A stretch of DNA of 61,021 nt, filler included, from 5 parts of 5 records of this genome joined end to end with filler, not necessarily neighbours in it, one strand, 5' to 3'. Shown: positions 41,763 to 54,067, numbered from the whole stretch's first letter. Numbers and translations: made by a program. Notes: a model not told the origin generated them from the sequence alone.

Positions 41763-43008
41763 CTACGGATCAGGATGCCACGGGAGGTCCACTGCGTGAG
41801 CGATCGGCAACGTACACGCTGAGCACAGTGCCGATCGCGCCACGGCGAGCTCGTACGCAAGACGCGCGATATTCGTGTTGAACGCCGCCACGAACGCTCG
41901 ACACGACCCCAGCGCATCCACGAGGCTAATAATATCGATCGTAGTGATGCGGGCGCTGATCGACTGTCGGCGCAACAGTCCCACGACATTGGTGTTCGCT
42001 GCGCTTTTCTTCCCGACGATTTTCACCGGGATACGCGCTCGTTGCTGAAACTCCTGAAGTACGTTCGGATCGTCTGAAGCAGCGATTGCGAACGAAATCT
42101 CAGGGTCTCTCTGCAGGAATCGTTCCACACGACGCATATACTCTTGTAGATTGAAGAAAGGCGCTTCTGAAAAATGATCACCGCGCCGAATATGAACCGC
42201 AACACATCGCTGTTGCACAAGGGAGTCGCGAGAATGAGCATGTTCTGCAAGCACACGAGAGGGAAACGAATCGACATGATTTTCACGCGCTTTCGTAGTG
42301 GGGAAAGGAGGAACGAAAAAGGAATAGCCGAGAATGATCTTCGAGTCACGGAAGCGGAGAGAAGCAGAGACGGAGAAAGGCAGAGAGACCAAGAAACTGT
42401 CGCACTGACTAACGGAGCGACGGAGAAAACTATGGTGCTGCAAAGCACAAAACGATGTTCATGCAGTTTTTGGCACTATGCAGCGTTCGAGTTCGTATTC
42501 TGAGGAGTACTCTGCTCGCAAGGAGCTGCGCAATGGGGCGAGAGGGGAAGTGAGCGAATCGGCGTTGCAGCAAGACCGCTGTCGCTGTCTCGCCGCCCGA
42601 CGGAACGGAATTTCTCGCCTTTTTTTGCGCTTTTCTCCCATTTCCTGAACAGAGTTCATGAAATGTGTCACTTCTTCGTAGAAGGACAACAGATCTGTTT
42701 GCAGATTTCACGAGCAAATCCGACCGGAAATCTTCGACATCAACCCTGTTCTAGCAACGAGTCATTCATTCACAGCGTATGATCTGTTGTACTCGAGTCC
42801 TTACCATGGCGATTGCGTAGCAGTTCTGGTCGTATTCGTCGCCAAAGCGCATGAACTAGCGCCGATCTCCACAGCAGAACTCCTCCTTGATCATCACGCG
42901 CATCGAATGAAGGAAATTCCCACCTTCTCGCCCGATTCTGCACCAAGTATGAAGCTATTGACCCGCATGTAGTCTTTTCCGAACATCCAAGTTCCCACGA
43001 AGTAGTTG
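41763..43008 (-). CDS. Alpha-1,6-fucosyltransferase-like (GT23/FUT8-like), last two exons; further exons upstream unresolved
   Basis: Exons 43008-42805 and 42244-41763 join in phase 1. Motifs VAVHIRRGD, IAASDDP, DALGSCRAFVAAFNTNIARLAYEL, AVDLPW. Confidence 0.78.
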
Positions 43009-44061
43009 CTGACGGGAAATAGTCGCAAATGAAACAACAAAAAAGGAAAAAGAAAGGGGCAACGAGAGGAAGAAGATGGAGAGAAAAACGCGATGAACAA
43101 CGATGCGACAAAATAAGAATCGGTACTTACCGACGTTGATTTTTCTCAGACCGTATTGCTTTTTCGCGCATAGGAGTGTTTGGAACGCGAATTGCTCTTA
43201 TGGAACGGTATTAGGCAGCAAAATACAAACGTTTGCGTGAATTGCGCACATTCTCTGTTGCAAAACATTCCGCGTGTTGATGCTCAGGAGGAAAGAATAG
43301 TGATTGTGTTGCTCTAGTCGACAGGAACCAGCGACTCTCTCTGTCATCTTAGATTCTCGGAGAATAATCTCCATTTGCTCATATCTGGGTCGTTTTGACG
43401 TCAAGATCTTTCTAAACGTACGAATTTCAAAAGCACATCGTAGAGAAAATCCGCATTCTTTCCATCCAAACTGGATCGTAGAGGAGTCAAACGAGACCAC
43501 TCAACAGTATCGTGTGAGTGCAAAAGACTCAGGAGCAGCGGGAAGAAGCGTGGGAACTCCTTGAAGAGAGCACACGGTAGTGCAGCTTGATTTCACGCTA
43601 CGTATGTCTTTGTTCTCTTGTAAGAGTATCGAGAGGGTGAGAGAAATTCATATTCCCGATGTCTCTACGTCCTTCTGTCGCCTTGATCGTGGCCAGGAGA
43701 CGACAAGGACTTCACATTCGGAAGAAGAACGAGAATCCCTCGTTTCACATCGCAAACTAGTGCACGGAAAGTGCGTCTTGGAATTCTTTGATCGCCTTTC
43801 TCTCGTAAATATTTTACAAATTATGCTTCATGGGGGTCGCAATTTCCTTGCTTTTCATGAGCGCAACGATACGTCAAAATACTTTGACTACTCCCTCGAT
43901 TCTCCAACTGCCACACAATGGGGTTGACCGGAGTTTTCCGCGATCTGATCTCTACATACCTGCCATGTATCTTCAACAGCGAACTGAAACGAAAAAATTA
44001 CAAATATTGATAAAGAAAAAAGATATTAGGAGTTAGTATATATATAGTGTGTGTGTATGGG

Positions 44062-44161
44062 NNNNNNNNNNNNNNNNNNNNNNNNNNNNNNNNNNNNNNN
44101 NNNNNTTAATTAATTAANNNNNNNNNNNNNNNNNNNNNNNNNNNNNNNNNNNNNNNNNNNN
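44062..44161. other. Artificial contig linker
   Basis: N44-TTAATTAATTAA-N44, flanked by (TA)/(TG) and (TATT)n microsatellites. Confidence 0.99.
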
Positions 44162-44215
44162 TATTTATTTATTTATTTATTTATTTATTGTAAATCACGT
44201 TCTCTTTTTGAGCAG

Positions 44216-47200
44216 GATTAGGACGTTTGAGCGAAGGTGAATCGGTCTCTGTTCCGCTCGATGAAAATTCTCCAAATCTTCCCGAATCCGCCTCTGAAAC
44301 CGATATTCGTGAACTCTCTTCCAGCGCCCCAAATCACCGCGGAAGCGGCGAAGCGGCTTCGTTTCCGCGCCGCGTGCTCCGCGCTGTCGCGAGTCTCGTG
44401 CGATTCCCGTCTTCTTCGAGTATCGGCGGAACGAGTAGCAATGTGGCGACGGACGACGCGTCGTTGGAGAGATTTGCGCACGGAAGAGATACCTCGCAGA
44501 CTCCCGTGAAGAAGGTGCGGGGCAGCGAAACGCGCTGCTCTGGCGCTTGCACGCGATGAAAGTAGCCGGTTCGTGCGTGTTTGCGTCGAAACGAGCAGCG
44601 GAGTACGCGGATTCTCCTTCTCCAATCCGATCGCGCGACACGAGAATGCGCGCACCTGCCCTCTGTGCTCCTTATGCTGCGATCGCGTACCGAAACGAGA
44701 GGCCTTTTCACGTGTATCCCCCTTTTCGCACCAATACGCGTTCCGAACAATTTCGTCTCGTTCGCGCGTGCAGACGCGCTCTGCGCGGCTGAAGAACCTC
44801 ATCCGCTCGGGCATTCCGTCGGAGTATCGCGGACATTTGTGGGGAATGTTCGTCGGTGCTGCGGAGCGGCTTGCGCGCGAACCCGGTGAATACCGGCGCA
44901 CGCTCGAAACGCAGGCGCGGCTCGGCGGCGCGTGGGTGAACGAGGTTCGTTCGCGCGGACGCGCGAGCGATCGACGCCAGTCCCGATGCGCGATACCTGC
45001 CCGCCTTGTGGCTTGGTTGGAAGAGGAGACGATTCTCACCGTGAATCTTTCGCAGTCCTACATGGCAATCTGAACTTTTTTGTTATGGGAAAGAGGATCG
45101 CTCGCATCGCGACCTTGTCAGCTATAGAGACCCGTAGAAACCTTCTCTCTCTCTCTCCCATTCTCATCACGTGAGTGTCTCTCTCCTCTTTCCTTCTCTC
45201 TTTCTTTGTGGATGTATGTGCCCTTTTCATGTGTATCTTGTCTTCGTTGGCGCTCGTGTTACATCGTTGCGTTACTGTGTGTGTGTGTTAGACGAGACTG
45301 TGTGCAACCTCTTCGCGCTCTCACCACACTTCCCGCTACCTTCCGATTATCCTCGTGTGGTACTTCTTTCCTGTGCACGCGTGGCGCGATCAGGTTACAA
45401 AGGATGTCGATCGAACGCATACACGACACCGGTTGTACGCGTCGAGCCGTGGACGCGATAAACTCAAGCGAATCCTGTTAGCTCTGGGATGGAAGAGACC
45501 AGATATTGGATATTGTCAGGTGTGATGGCGAAGTACCACATTGGAATCGCGATACGCGCAAACCCTGTCCCATCGTACCATCAAGCGTGTTTGTGCACAA
45601 GCGGTTTTAGAAACATGGTTAGGCTGGTACGAAGCGCGAAATGTGAGCGGAGGAGGAATGCGGAAGCGCGTTGTGTCTGTGCACGACGCGCGGCCGCAGC
45701 ACCGCGATTTCGCTCGAATATCCCGTGGACAGTAACAAACGAGAATCGGTCCGAATACTTACCTGAATATCCTCAGAATCGGAACTCGTGCTTTCTTTGT
45801 AGTCATGCAATACGCCAGGCGTTTCGCGCTTGTCTATTTGTCGCGTTTCTACTGGGTGTTTGCGGAGTTTCTGTCTCGACTGTGTTTCTCGCCGATTCGT
45901 TTCCTCCTCATTCACTCGACGAGCAGTCCAACTCACTTTTTCCACTTTTGATCTCTCATCGTTTCCGTGTGTTCCCCTCTCCGTGTCCAGGCGATTAATT
46001 TTGTCGCGAGTGTATTATTGGTCACTATGCGCGACGAAGAGCTCGCGTTTTGGTTCCTAGTGTCGATGTTGGAGCACTTGATTCCGCCACATTACTACAC
46101 AAGTGGAATGGAAGGGTTCGTTCCCCATAAAGAGAGTCACGTCGCGTACAAACACACAAAAGAGAGAGAAATGCGACGATTCATCGCTTGTGCGTACCCA
46201 GGAATTGAGTAGGAAAGCATTGCGCTCGTTGTTGCGTCACGAAGCGCTTGTATTGCTCGGGAGATGATCGATTCCAGTTTGTATTTAGGACGGTTTCGAG
46301 TTTGTTTCTCGAGGTATCTTCGACGCTTCTGGTAATTGTGTTGCTGAATCATCGTTTGCTCGTTTTTTACACTGTTTCAGATCACAACGATTTGTGCTCT
46401 GACGAATAATTCGTTTCACATTCGCAGCTACTTGTGTACTGATATTGTAGGTACTCTATATATAAGTAGTATTTCGCATGATCGAGTACCTGTATCTCTA
46501 TGGAACGTGTTTCTTACTACTCCTCATGAAACGGTTCGTCTCCCCTGACGCGATTGAACTGCAGATTGATCATTGATTTAGGTGTTTTTCGTGAGCTAAT
46601 TCGCACGAAACTTCCGCGTCTCGATGCGCATTTCCAACAACACAATATCGAGGTCTTCCAATTCGCGACGGAATGGTTCCTCTGTCTCTTTGTCAATACT
46701 CTTCCGTTTGAAACGACGATGCGCGTTTGGGATTTGCTATACTTTCACGGATCAAAAGTACGTTGCAACGATGGAGGTGTGAGTGTTGTTGATGTTGTTT
46801 TCGCAGTAAAATTTTGTTTGTGCGTATTCTCGACATGAATACTTGATCCTTGATGCGCCGCTGCAAGATCGCTGGTTTTGCCGCGCAAATGTGCTGTCTT
46901 GCTCTATAGTGCAAACGCTGATATTATAACTGGATCGTTTGAAGATAAAACATCTGTTGTTGTCGAGTTTGTATGCAGGCACCTCGATGATGTTTTTTTT
47001 TGAGGTGGTAGAGCTTCGTGGAAGAGCTTCCGCGCCGATATATTGCATTGTTCTGCAGTTGCGACTGTGCGAAATCGAGAAAGGAAGCTCTTGAAGATGA
47101 GGGTTTTTGCACAAAATGGCGTTTTGCTCCAGTGATTCCTTATCCCGCTAGTCGAAGCACTTGGTCCGCAAACGCTCTTCCATTCTTTCCGGAATCACAT

Positions 47201-47736
47201 GGGCGTTTGTGACGCGAGCGCGCTCGTTTCCTCCCTGATTTTCTCGGTCATCCTGTGTATTCAGGTACTGTTTCGATGTGGATTGGCAATTTTGAAGATT
47301 CGCGAAGAATATATTTTGTCTCTCGATACGTTTGAGAAGCTCATTATGTGCCTGCAGAATGTAGGACAGGTACGTCTCTCGGTCGAGATCTGTGATATAC
47401 CGGATGATCTTGTAGCGTCTACGTGATGATAGTGGTGGAGATTGTCTTCGTACGCTGAAGATGCTTTTTTTTCGCTGCGCCGTTGGTTTTGTACGTTGAT
47501 TTTCGTCGAGTGCTTTGTGTGTGCGTGTGTGTGCAAACTCTACGATGTTGTTCCGTTTGTTGATAGTGCTGCGCGTGACGGTGCGTGACGTGTGTCCGTG
47601 TGTCCAGGAATTATACGACTGTGACACATTTGTGTCCGTCATGCATGAAAAATCGTGGATTGGCTCGTTCCCGTCTTCCAAGGTCGAAGCGCTGCGTTCT
47701 GAACAGCGCGACAAGCTCGAGAAGGCTCGAGAGTGA
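44216..47736 (+). CDS. TBC-domain Rab GTPase-activating protein (spliced, 5'-truncated)
   Basis: Exons 44216-44514, 44774-44944, 45394-45519, 45991-46115, 46565-46757, 47265-47369 and 47608-47736, all phase-consistent. Motifs LIRSGIPSEYRGHLW, KDVDRT (Arg finger), GYCQAINF (Gln finger), EWFLCLF, RVWDLL. Confidence 0.9.
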
Positions 47737-50665
47737 TGTGACCGTGCGTGTGCGGGTGATTTGCACCGGATGATGAGGAAGATGCTTGTGGGCAAGGCGA
47801 ACGGCGTATTTCCGCGCTCCAAAGGCTTACAAATCGGGGAAAGGCATTGCGCCGCGTTCGCGCCGGCCTTGTGCGCGACGAAGAATACAATGTTGCGCTT
47901 ATTTATGTATCACATCCTATACAAACACCAACCCGTGATCGGTAGAGGGTTCAGCGATACGTCCGCGCGCTGCAGGGCGAAAACGCAACGTATTGGGGAC
48001 GAACTCGCTTCGCTGACCGGGTGTGAGCGCTCCCGCTGCGCAGCGCAGCCCCGCCGGCGTTCCTCGACGCGTCTAACCCTAGTGGTAGTTCCTCTTTCTT
48101 ACCCTAGTTTGTCAACCTATTTCCCGTCACCTGCGGTGCACAGAAACGCTTAGACGCTGCTGGGACCGCAGCCGCGAATGCGGCGAGGGCTTTTCGAGAG
48201 AGGGAGCCAGCGGTAGTGCTCTGTGCAGTGCCTCTTACTCACTCACTCGCCCTTTACCCCTCCTGGTGAATTCTTTTTGATTCCCCACTGTTCAAAGTAT
48301 GTTGATTAGTGTACTTCTCCGAGTCTCGTTGTGCTGACAATGCTCTGCTCTGGCGCGCCCAGCTCAGACGTTGAGCGTCAGCCCGAGATTGCTGCACGGT
48401 TTGTGTAGAGTGCTATCTATCATTGCTTTCGGTCAATATCTTGTCAACGTATTGCCAGCGCTTGCGCGGAAGAGCTCGATATACAATAGCACTTCATGGG
48501 AGCCGGGCTGGGACGAGCTCGGCTCGTGTATGGGACTTCTGCGACAGCTTTCTGCCGTTGGCGGTCCCTTTCGTGTCGAGCAAGTCGGCTCCATATCAGC
48601 GAGGGAGTGCCTTTTTTCATACTGCTCTAGCTACTGCACAATAAGATACGATCTGTTTTGCATGTCTCTGGTAGATAAATCTCCATGAGAAGGGCTCTCG
48701 GGCGCCTACGGCGCGCGCCACTGCCGGCTCGTTCGTGCGGGCGAACCGCTGTGGGACGCTCAGCCCCAGCGATACCCGTGAGCGCGTGCGGCGACACCGC
48801 CGCACATTGCCACGGCGTAAAACGTTCATCAGCACCGCCGTTTCCTCTCGCTGTCGAAGAAAGCCGCCTGCTAAGTTGTGTTCGCGTAGATGATTACGAG
48901 ATGAGCTGTCTCGTACCACTTGTTGTACGGCTCCTACTTCGCTGCGGCTGCTAGTCGCTGCCCTGGCTGTGCGACTTGCTGGAGGCAGTCGCGGCGGCGC
49001 GTCGCTGGTCCGGGCGCGCCGCCGCAGAGCAGCCAGCGGAGCTCGCCTTGCTCCCCGGGACACCCTCGCCCCCTTTTTCTTCCGCTGGGCAGCCAAGCCT
49101 CGTACACGGATAGAACACTGTGCGCATATGTTTCGTAGTCGAGTATATGCGACGCGTCCCGCCGCCGATTGAGTTCAGGCGTAGCAGGAGGAGGCTTTAT
49201 GCCGCGGCGGTCGTTCTAGGGCGCCTGCACGGGGGGCTTCTCTGTCTGGCGCCGCGCCCCAGCGTACTGCGCAGAACGCTTCGCCGGTGCGCCCTGGCGC
49301 TGTAGCACCGCGCCGCCCTCGCGATGCCTTGCACTGTGCACAGCGGCAGAGCGCGGCGCGATCGGTCGTTGGGAGATGAACGCGGTGCGACCAAGCTCAT
49401 ATATGTGCGATGCTTCCTGATGTGGCGTGCGTAGTGCTGCCGCCTTTTATTTATTTATTTTCATTCTGCGTTTTCCCTGCGCTCCTGCGTGCCTTGTGCC
49501 GCATACATTGGCGCATCAACAGGGGGACACGGAGCTACGGCTAACTTATCAGCTTTTGTTGCACCGCGCGGCTTCCTCCCCCTACTTGCCTCCCCTTCCA
49601 GACGATAAATTCAGATGCAGCCGCATAGAAGCGGATCCGTTGTTCACGACGCAGCGGCTCAGCTGGCATCGCCTCGGAAGAGGCAGCAGAAAAAAGGTAC
49701 GAGCTACGCGCTCTCGTCGCTGTGCGCAGGTCGCTGCGCGCGCGCCTGCTCCGCGACCAGGTCCACAGGCCAACACAGCCGAACGCGCCGCTCAGGCAAA
49801 CGACGGAGCGAGCGCGAGAGGGGGAGGCTGCTGCCGGCATCCGTGCCCAAGTATGCCCGCTTCATTAGCAGCAATATTGGCCTCCTTTGCAGCTTGGCTG
49901 TGGTGACTTGAATAGGTACTCGGAACGATTTTTTTTTTGGCGAGGAAGCAGCTCGCCTGTGTTGCGCGCCAGTCCGTGGGCAGCTGCGGCGTTTGCGAAC
50001 GGGCGCTGGCGCTGGGAGGAGGGGCTGGAACGCCGCGCGTCCCTTGAGCCGGGGTGGTGGGGCGGCGCCGTCGCCACCGTCCTCCCGCTCGCTGGCCTGC
50101 GCTACGACGGCCAGGAAGTGTTCGCTGGGGCTCTCTGTCTTACGACGCTCTTGGTTCCTTCGTCTGGTAATCCCGCTGTCCGTTCTCCTGCCCATCTTCC
50201 TGTCGTAGCTGGCTTTCCGGCGGCGAAAATTGGAAACGAGTCGTCGCTGCCCAAGAGAGACCCTTACGCGCAAGTCGTCGCGGCAAACGCTGGTACGTCT
50301 CGCAACAACTTGCCACCGCACTCCCTCCACACACACACACCCTGTCGTATGCATTGTTGCATGTTAAGCGTGGACGCGTGGATTCACGCGGTAGGCAGCT
50401 GTGGCGTTGTGCGCCGTCGGCCTCAGTTCGGCGTTGTTCGAGGAGGAGCTGGTGCTGAAGGTCGTGCGCGCTGCCGGACGGGACCGAGCGCGACGCGTGC
50501 TCCGATACCACCCGATACCCCCTTGGGGCGCGCTGCCCTGTCCCGTCTGCTGCTGTTCCACACACACAAAAAAAAATTATAATAATGAACATGATTAGAA
50601 TACAGATGCGTTGTGTATATTCACTGACAATGTGTTGTTGCTGGTTGATGCTTGCGCGGTTCCAG

Positions 50666-51432
50666 ATCTTGTACGAAGTGTTGCGAACCAGCTGAGCTCG
50701 AATGTCGGGCGCGAGCGCGAGCGCAGGCTGCTCGCCATGGCGCTTGCCGCGTGGCGCGCCCGTCGCGACGAGAAGAGGCGCCTGGCCGCACTCGGTGCGC
50801 GCGCCGTAGCGCGCCTGCGCTCGTCGCGGCTCCGCGCCGCGTATCGCCGCTGGCTCGATCGCACGAGCATGTCGATTGCGATGACGCAGCAGACGACGCT
50901 TGTGGCGCGCCAGCTGCGCAAGCTGCTAGCGCACGACGCCCTGGTCGCGTGGCGCGACCAAACGCGAGCGGACTTGCAGCGCGCTCGAATCGCCAAGCGC
51001 GTTGTGGCTGCTATGCGGCACAGGATCGAAGCGCAAGTCATGCGCACGCTCAAAGATCGTGCGGAAGCGAGGCGCTGGCGAGAGCACATTCTCTTCCGCG
51101 TTGCGCGCGCGCTGTCCATGTCGCTTCGCGCGCGCGCGCTGCGCACGTGGCGCGCGCGCTTTCTCGAGCATCGCGCCCAGCAAGCCGCCATGCGGCGAGT
51201 CGTCCACCGCTGGCAGAATGGGCTGATGGCGCGCGGGTTCTCGCGCTGGCTCCAATGGACGGACAGCCGCACATCGTCGCGCCGTGCATTACGCGCCGTG
51301 CTGCTCCGGTGGCGGTCGCTCCGCATGGCGCGCGCGTTCCAAGCGTGGGCCGGCCTGGCGCGCGCAGCGCAGTGCCGCGAGCAGCTCCTCACTCGCTACG
51401 TGGCGCGCTGGCGCGAGGGCACGCTCGCGCGC
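50666..51432 (+). CDS. Sfi1-like Trp/Arg repeat protein (putative centrin-binding), partial exon
   Basis: Acceptor ttccag|at at 50666. Periodic repeats such as ARALRTWR, RWQNGLMARGFSRW, RWRSLRMARAFQAW. A phase-compatible donor at 50293 suggests an upstream exon. Runs off the contig. Confidence 0.6.
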
Positions 51433-51532
51433 NNNNNNNNNNNNNNNNNNNNNNNNNNNNNNNNNNNNNNNNNNNNTTAATTAATTAANNNNNNNNNNNN
51501 NNNNNNNNNNNNNNNNNNNNNNNNNNNNNNNN
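51433..51532. other. Artificial contig linker
   Basis: N44-TTAATTAATTAA-N44. Confidence 0.99.
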
Positions 51533-51574
51533 GTTCATCCATGAACGCTTGACGAAGGCCATTCATGGCCTTCG
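51533..51574. repeat. Double-hairpin intergenic repeat at contig edge
   Basis: gttcat-cc-atgaac and cgaaggccat-tc-atggccttcg share a CAT(C/T)CATG core. The contig breaks here, as expected for a multicopy element. Confidence 0.55.
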
Positions 51575-51662
51575 ACACTCTGGCATAGAGCCCCTTAACA
51601 CTCGTAACGCTTACATGCGCCCCAACAGCCGTTTATCAGCCTTTAGCCCTTAAACGTCAGCG

Positions 51663-52514
51663 CTACACCGCAAATGGGTATTTAATAGGCTCGTGGCACT
51701 CGTAGCCGCTGACGGTGAAATCATCTTTGCTGACCCAGGTTTCAATATCTTCAAGAGACTTAATTTCGGGGTTAATGTGCAACTTAGGCGATGGAAAAGG
51801 CTCTCGCTTCAGCTGTACATCACGCATGAGTTCCAACTGGTTCTCATAAATGTGAGCGTTCACTATCTTGTGGTAGGCCTTGCCCGGCTTGTGACCAGTA
51901 ATTTGTGCCACCAAAGCTAAAAGAGCAAAGCACTGAATTTGGTTAAAGTTGAGTCCCAGGGGCACGTCACAGCTGCGTTGGTAAGAGGTTAGGTAAAGCG
52001 TGTCGCCTAACAGCGAGAAGTTGTGGGTATGCATGCACGGACGCAAACAACCCAGTTCAAATTCACCAGGGTTATAGAAAGTAACAATTTCCCCACGGTC
52101 ATCAATGCCTTTCGACAGGTTATTAATGACCTTTTTCAGCTGGTCTAAGTGGCTGCCATCCGGCTTTTGCCATGAGCGCCCCTGCACACCGTAAACGCGG
52201 CCCATGTCGTCTTCGCCTTTGCGATTCGGATTATTCAGCCATGCCTGGTTTTCGTTGGCATTGGCGTCCCAGGTTTTGCAGCCAATATCGCGGAATTGAG
52301 CGGTGCTATCGTAGCCACGTAAATAGCCTAAAAGTTCAGCAATAGCCGACTTGTAATAGCTTTTCCTGGTAGTAATTAGCGGGAATTGGTTGTTGGCAAC
52401 GTCGTACTCTAAGTCGGCGTTTATAACCGTTAGACAATTAATGCCTGTACGTTCATTTTTAACCCAGACCCCTTCGTCGACAATGCGTTGACACAGTTGT
52501 AAGTATTGCTTCAT
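51663..52514 (-). CDS. thyA: Thymidylate synthase (283-aa Vibrio/Haemophilus-like type)
   Basis: [25 protein letters not shown] (catalytic Cys), [21 protein letters not shown]. Confidence 0.96.
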   Translation of the reverse strand: MKQYLQLCQRIVDEGVWVKNERTGINCLTVINADLEYDVANNQFPLITTRKSYYKSAIAELLGYLRGYDSTAQFRDIGCKTWDANANENQAWLNNPNRKGEDDMGRVYGVQGRSWQKPDGSHLDQLKKVINNLSKGIDDRGEIVTFYNPGEFELGCLRPCMHTHNFSLLGDTLYLTSYQRSCDVPLGLNFNQIQCFALLALVAQITGHKPGKAYHKIVNAHIYENQLELMRDVQLKREPFPSPKLHINPEIKSLEDIETWVSKDDFTVSGYECHEPIKYPFAV

Positions 52515-52628
52515 TTTTTAAATAAATTGTGTTGTGCGTAATGTTTTATATCGTACCTGATGCAATGGCATCAGGCTACTGTGTGCGCTAGAATAAAAGC
52601 ATTCAACAATGGCCGGGAGCCTGAATCT

Positions 52629-53651
52629 ATGACGTTAAAAGTCACTCTGTGCGATGATTCCAAAATGGCGCGTAAGCAGCTACTACGCACGCTGCCAGAT
52701 GACTGGGATGCTGAGGTTCACCAGGCGGAACACGGCGAGCAGGCGCTGACGTGCGTGCGCGAAGGTCGCGCCGAAGTACTGTTTCTGGACTTAAACATGC
52801 CGGTAAAAGACGGCTACGAAACTCTGCAGGCTATAAAAGAAGAGCAACTAGAGACTCTGGTTATTGTCGTGTCCGGTGACATTCAGCCCGAAGCTCAAAA
52901 GCGTGTGCAGGCGCTGGGGGCTATGGCTTTTGTGAAAAAGCCCATGAAGCCAGAAGACATACAAACTCTGTTGCAGCAATTTGGTTTGTACCAACCGGCC
53001 GCGGGTCAGCTTAAACTGGCCGATGAAACACCACAGGCTCCGGCGAATCCGCTGGATGTTTACCGGGAAGTATCGAACGTTGCCATGGGGCAAGCGGGTG
53101 ATCACTTAGCCCGGGTACTGGATACTTTTATTGAGTTGCCTGTACCTAATGTCAATTTTATCGCCCCTTCCGAGCTGCACATGGCCATAGAGTCTATCGA
53201 CACCAACAAGCAGGTGGCCGCGGTAAGTCAGGGGTTTTCCGGCAGCGGTATTCTTGGCGAAGCGCTAACGCTGTTTAATGACGCCTCTATTGACGATATT
53301 GGCAAGTTGTTGGGCGCTAAGCTTGGTGAAAGCGGCTCAATTAAGCAACAACGCATAGAGTCATTAATGGATGTCGCCTCCATTTTGTCCTCGGCGTGTT
53401 TAAACGGCTTAGGCCAGCAACTGCATGTGGAATTTGCAGCTTCGCAGCCGGTGCTGTTAGGCGAACATCAGTCAATGCGGGAATTGATTAAACACGGCGA
53501 ACATCGCTGGCAGAAAATTCTGGCAATAGAAATTGGTTATCAGTTACCGGAGCACAAGCTGGCCTTCGATTTACTGCTGTTATTCCCTGCCGACGCGGTG
53601 AAAATTCTTGACCAGCAGCTGGCTCATTGGCTTCAGGGAGACGACGAATGA
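52629..53651 (+). CDS. Response regulator with a CheC-like phosphatase domain
   Basis: REC domain: CDDS, FLDLNMP, VVSGD, KKP. CheC-like: YREVSNVAMGQA, IELPVPNV, VSQGFSG. RBS GGGAG before ATG 52629. Confidence 0.88.
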   Translation: MTLKVTLCDDSKMARKQLLRTLPDDWDAEVHQAEHGEQALTCVREGRAEVLFLDLNMPVKDGYETLQAIKEEQLETLVIVVSGDIQPEAQKRVQALGAMAFVKKPMKPEDIQTLLQQFGLYQPAAGQLKLADETPQAPANPLDVYREVSNVAMGQAGDHLARVLDTFIELPVPNVNFIAPSELHMAIESIDTNKQVAAVSQGFSGSGILGEALTLFNDASIDDIGKLLGAKLGESGSIKQQRIESLMDVASILSSACLNGLGQQLHVEFAASQPVLLGEHQSMRELIKHGEHRWQKILAIEIGYQLPEHKLAFDLLLLFPADAVKILDQQLAHWLQGDDE

Positions 53652-54067
53652 TAGACGATATGGACGAACTGCACAGTAAACTGAGCATTCTGGGCGCCAT
53701 TGATGTCGGTATTGTGGTTATTGATAACGACAACAACATTCAGATGTGGAACGAGTTTATGCAGAACCACAGTGGCCTGCGGCCTAGTGAAGTACGCGAT
53801 AAAAACTTATTTCGCTGCTGTCCGGGTATCGAAGAGGCCTGGTTTCAGCGTAAAATTGACCGGGTGCGGCAGTTAAATTCGCGGGTGTTTATTACCTGGC
53901 AACAGCGTCCTTACGTCTTTCGTTTTCGCCACAGCCGGCCAATAAGCGGGCAGAGTGAATGGATGTACCAGAATGTCACCTTAATTCCGCTGAAGAACCC
54001 GCGTGGTGAAGTGCACCAGGTGGGCATTATTATTTATGATGTGAGTGAACAACCCAGCCATGAGTGA
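53648..54067 (+). CDS. Stand-alone PAS-domain protein
   Basis: IDVGIVVID, WNEFMQNHSG, MYQNVTLIPL, IIIYDVS then stop. ATGA overlap with the upstream regulator. Confidence 0.82.
   Translation: MIDDMDELHSKLSILGAIDVGIVVIDNDNNIQMWNEFMQNHSGLRPSEVRDKNLFRCCPGIEEAWFQRKIDRVRQLNSRVFITWQQRPYVFRFRHSRPISGQSEWMYQNVTLIPLKNPRGEVHQVGIIIYDVSEQPSHE

Noticed and set aside
45755-45765. ATACTTACCTG, identical to the U1 snRNA 5' end
   Set aside because: Downstream sequence lacks the U1 loop I and loop II motifs. It is also the reverse complement of a consensus donor, but the antisense ORF 45619-45945 has no recognisable homology.
29296-47736. Apparent cluster of endolysosomal genes (TPC, BORCS8-like, TBC Rab-GAP)
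   Set aside because: They lie on three separate contigs, so their proximity is an artefact of concatenation.
47740-49900. Possible exons downstream of the TBC gene (e.g. 48371-48688, 49615-49911)
   Set aside because: Some splice-like sites exist, but no phase-consistent, homology-supported model could be built.
23991-51532. TTAATTAATTAA repeated four times, and apparent bacteria-eukaryote junctions
   Set aside because: Synthetic six-frame-stop linkers inside N runs; not a biological repeat and not evidence of HGT.
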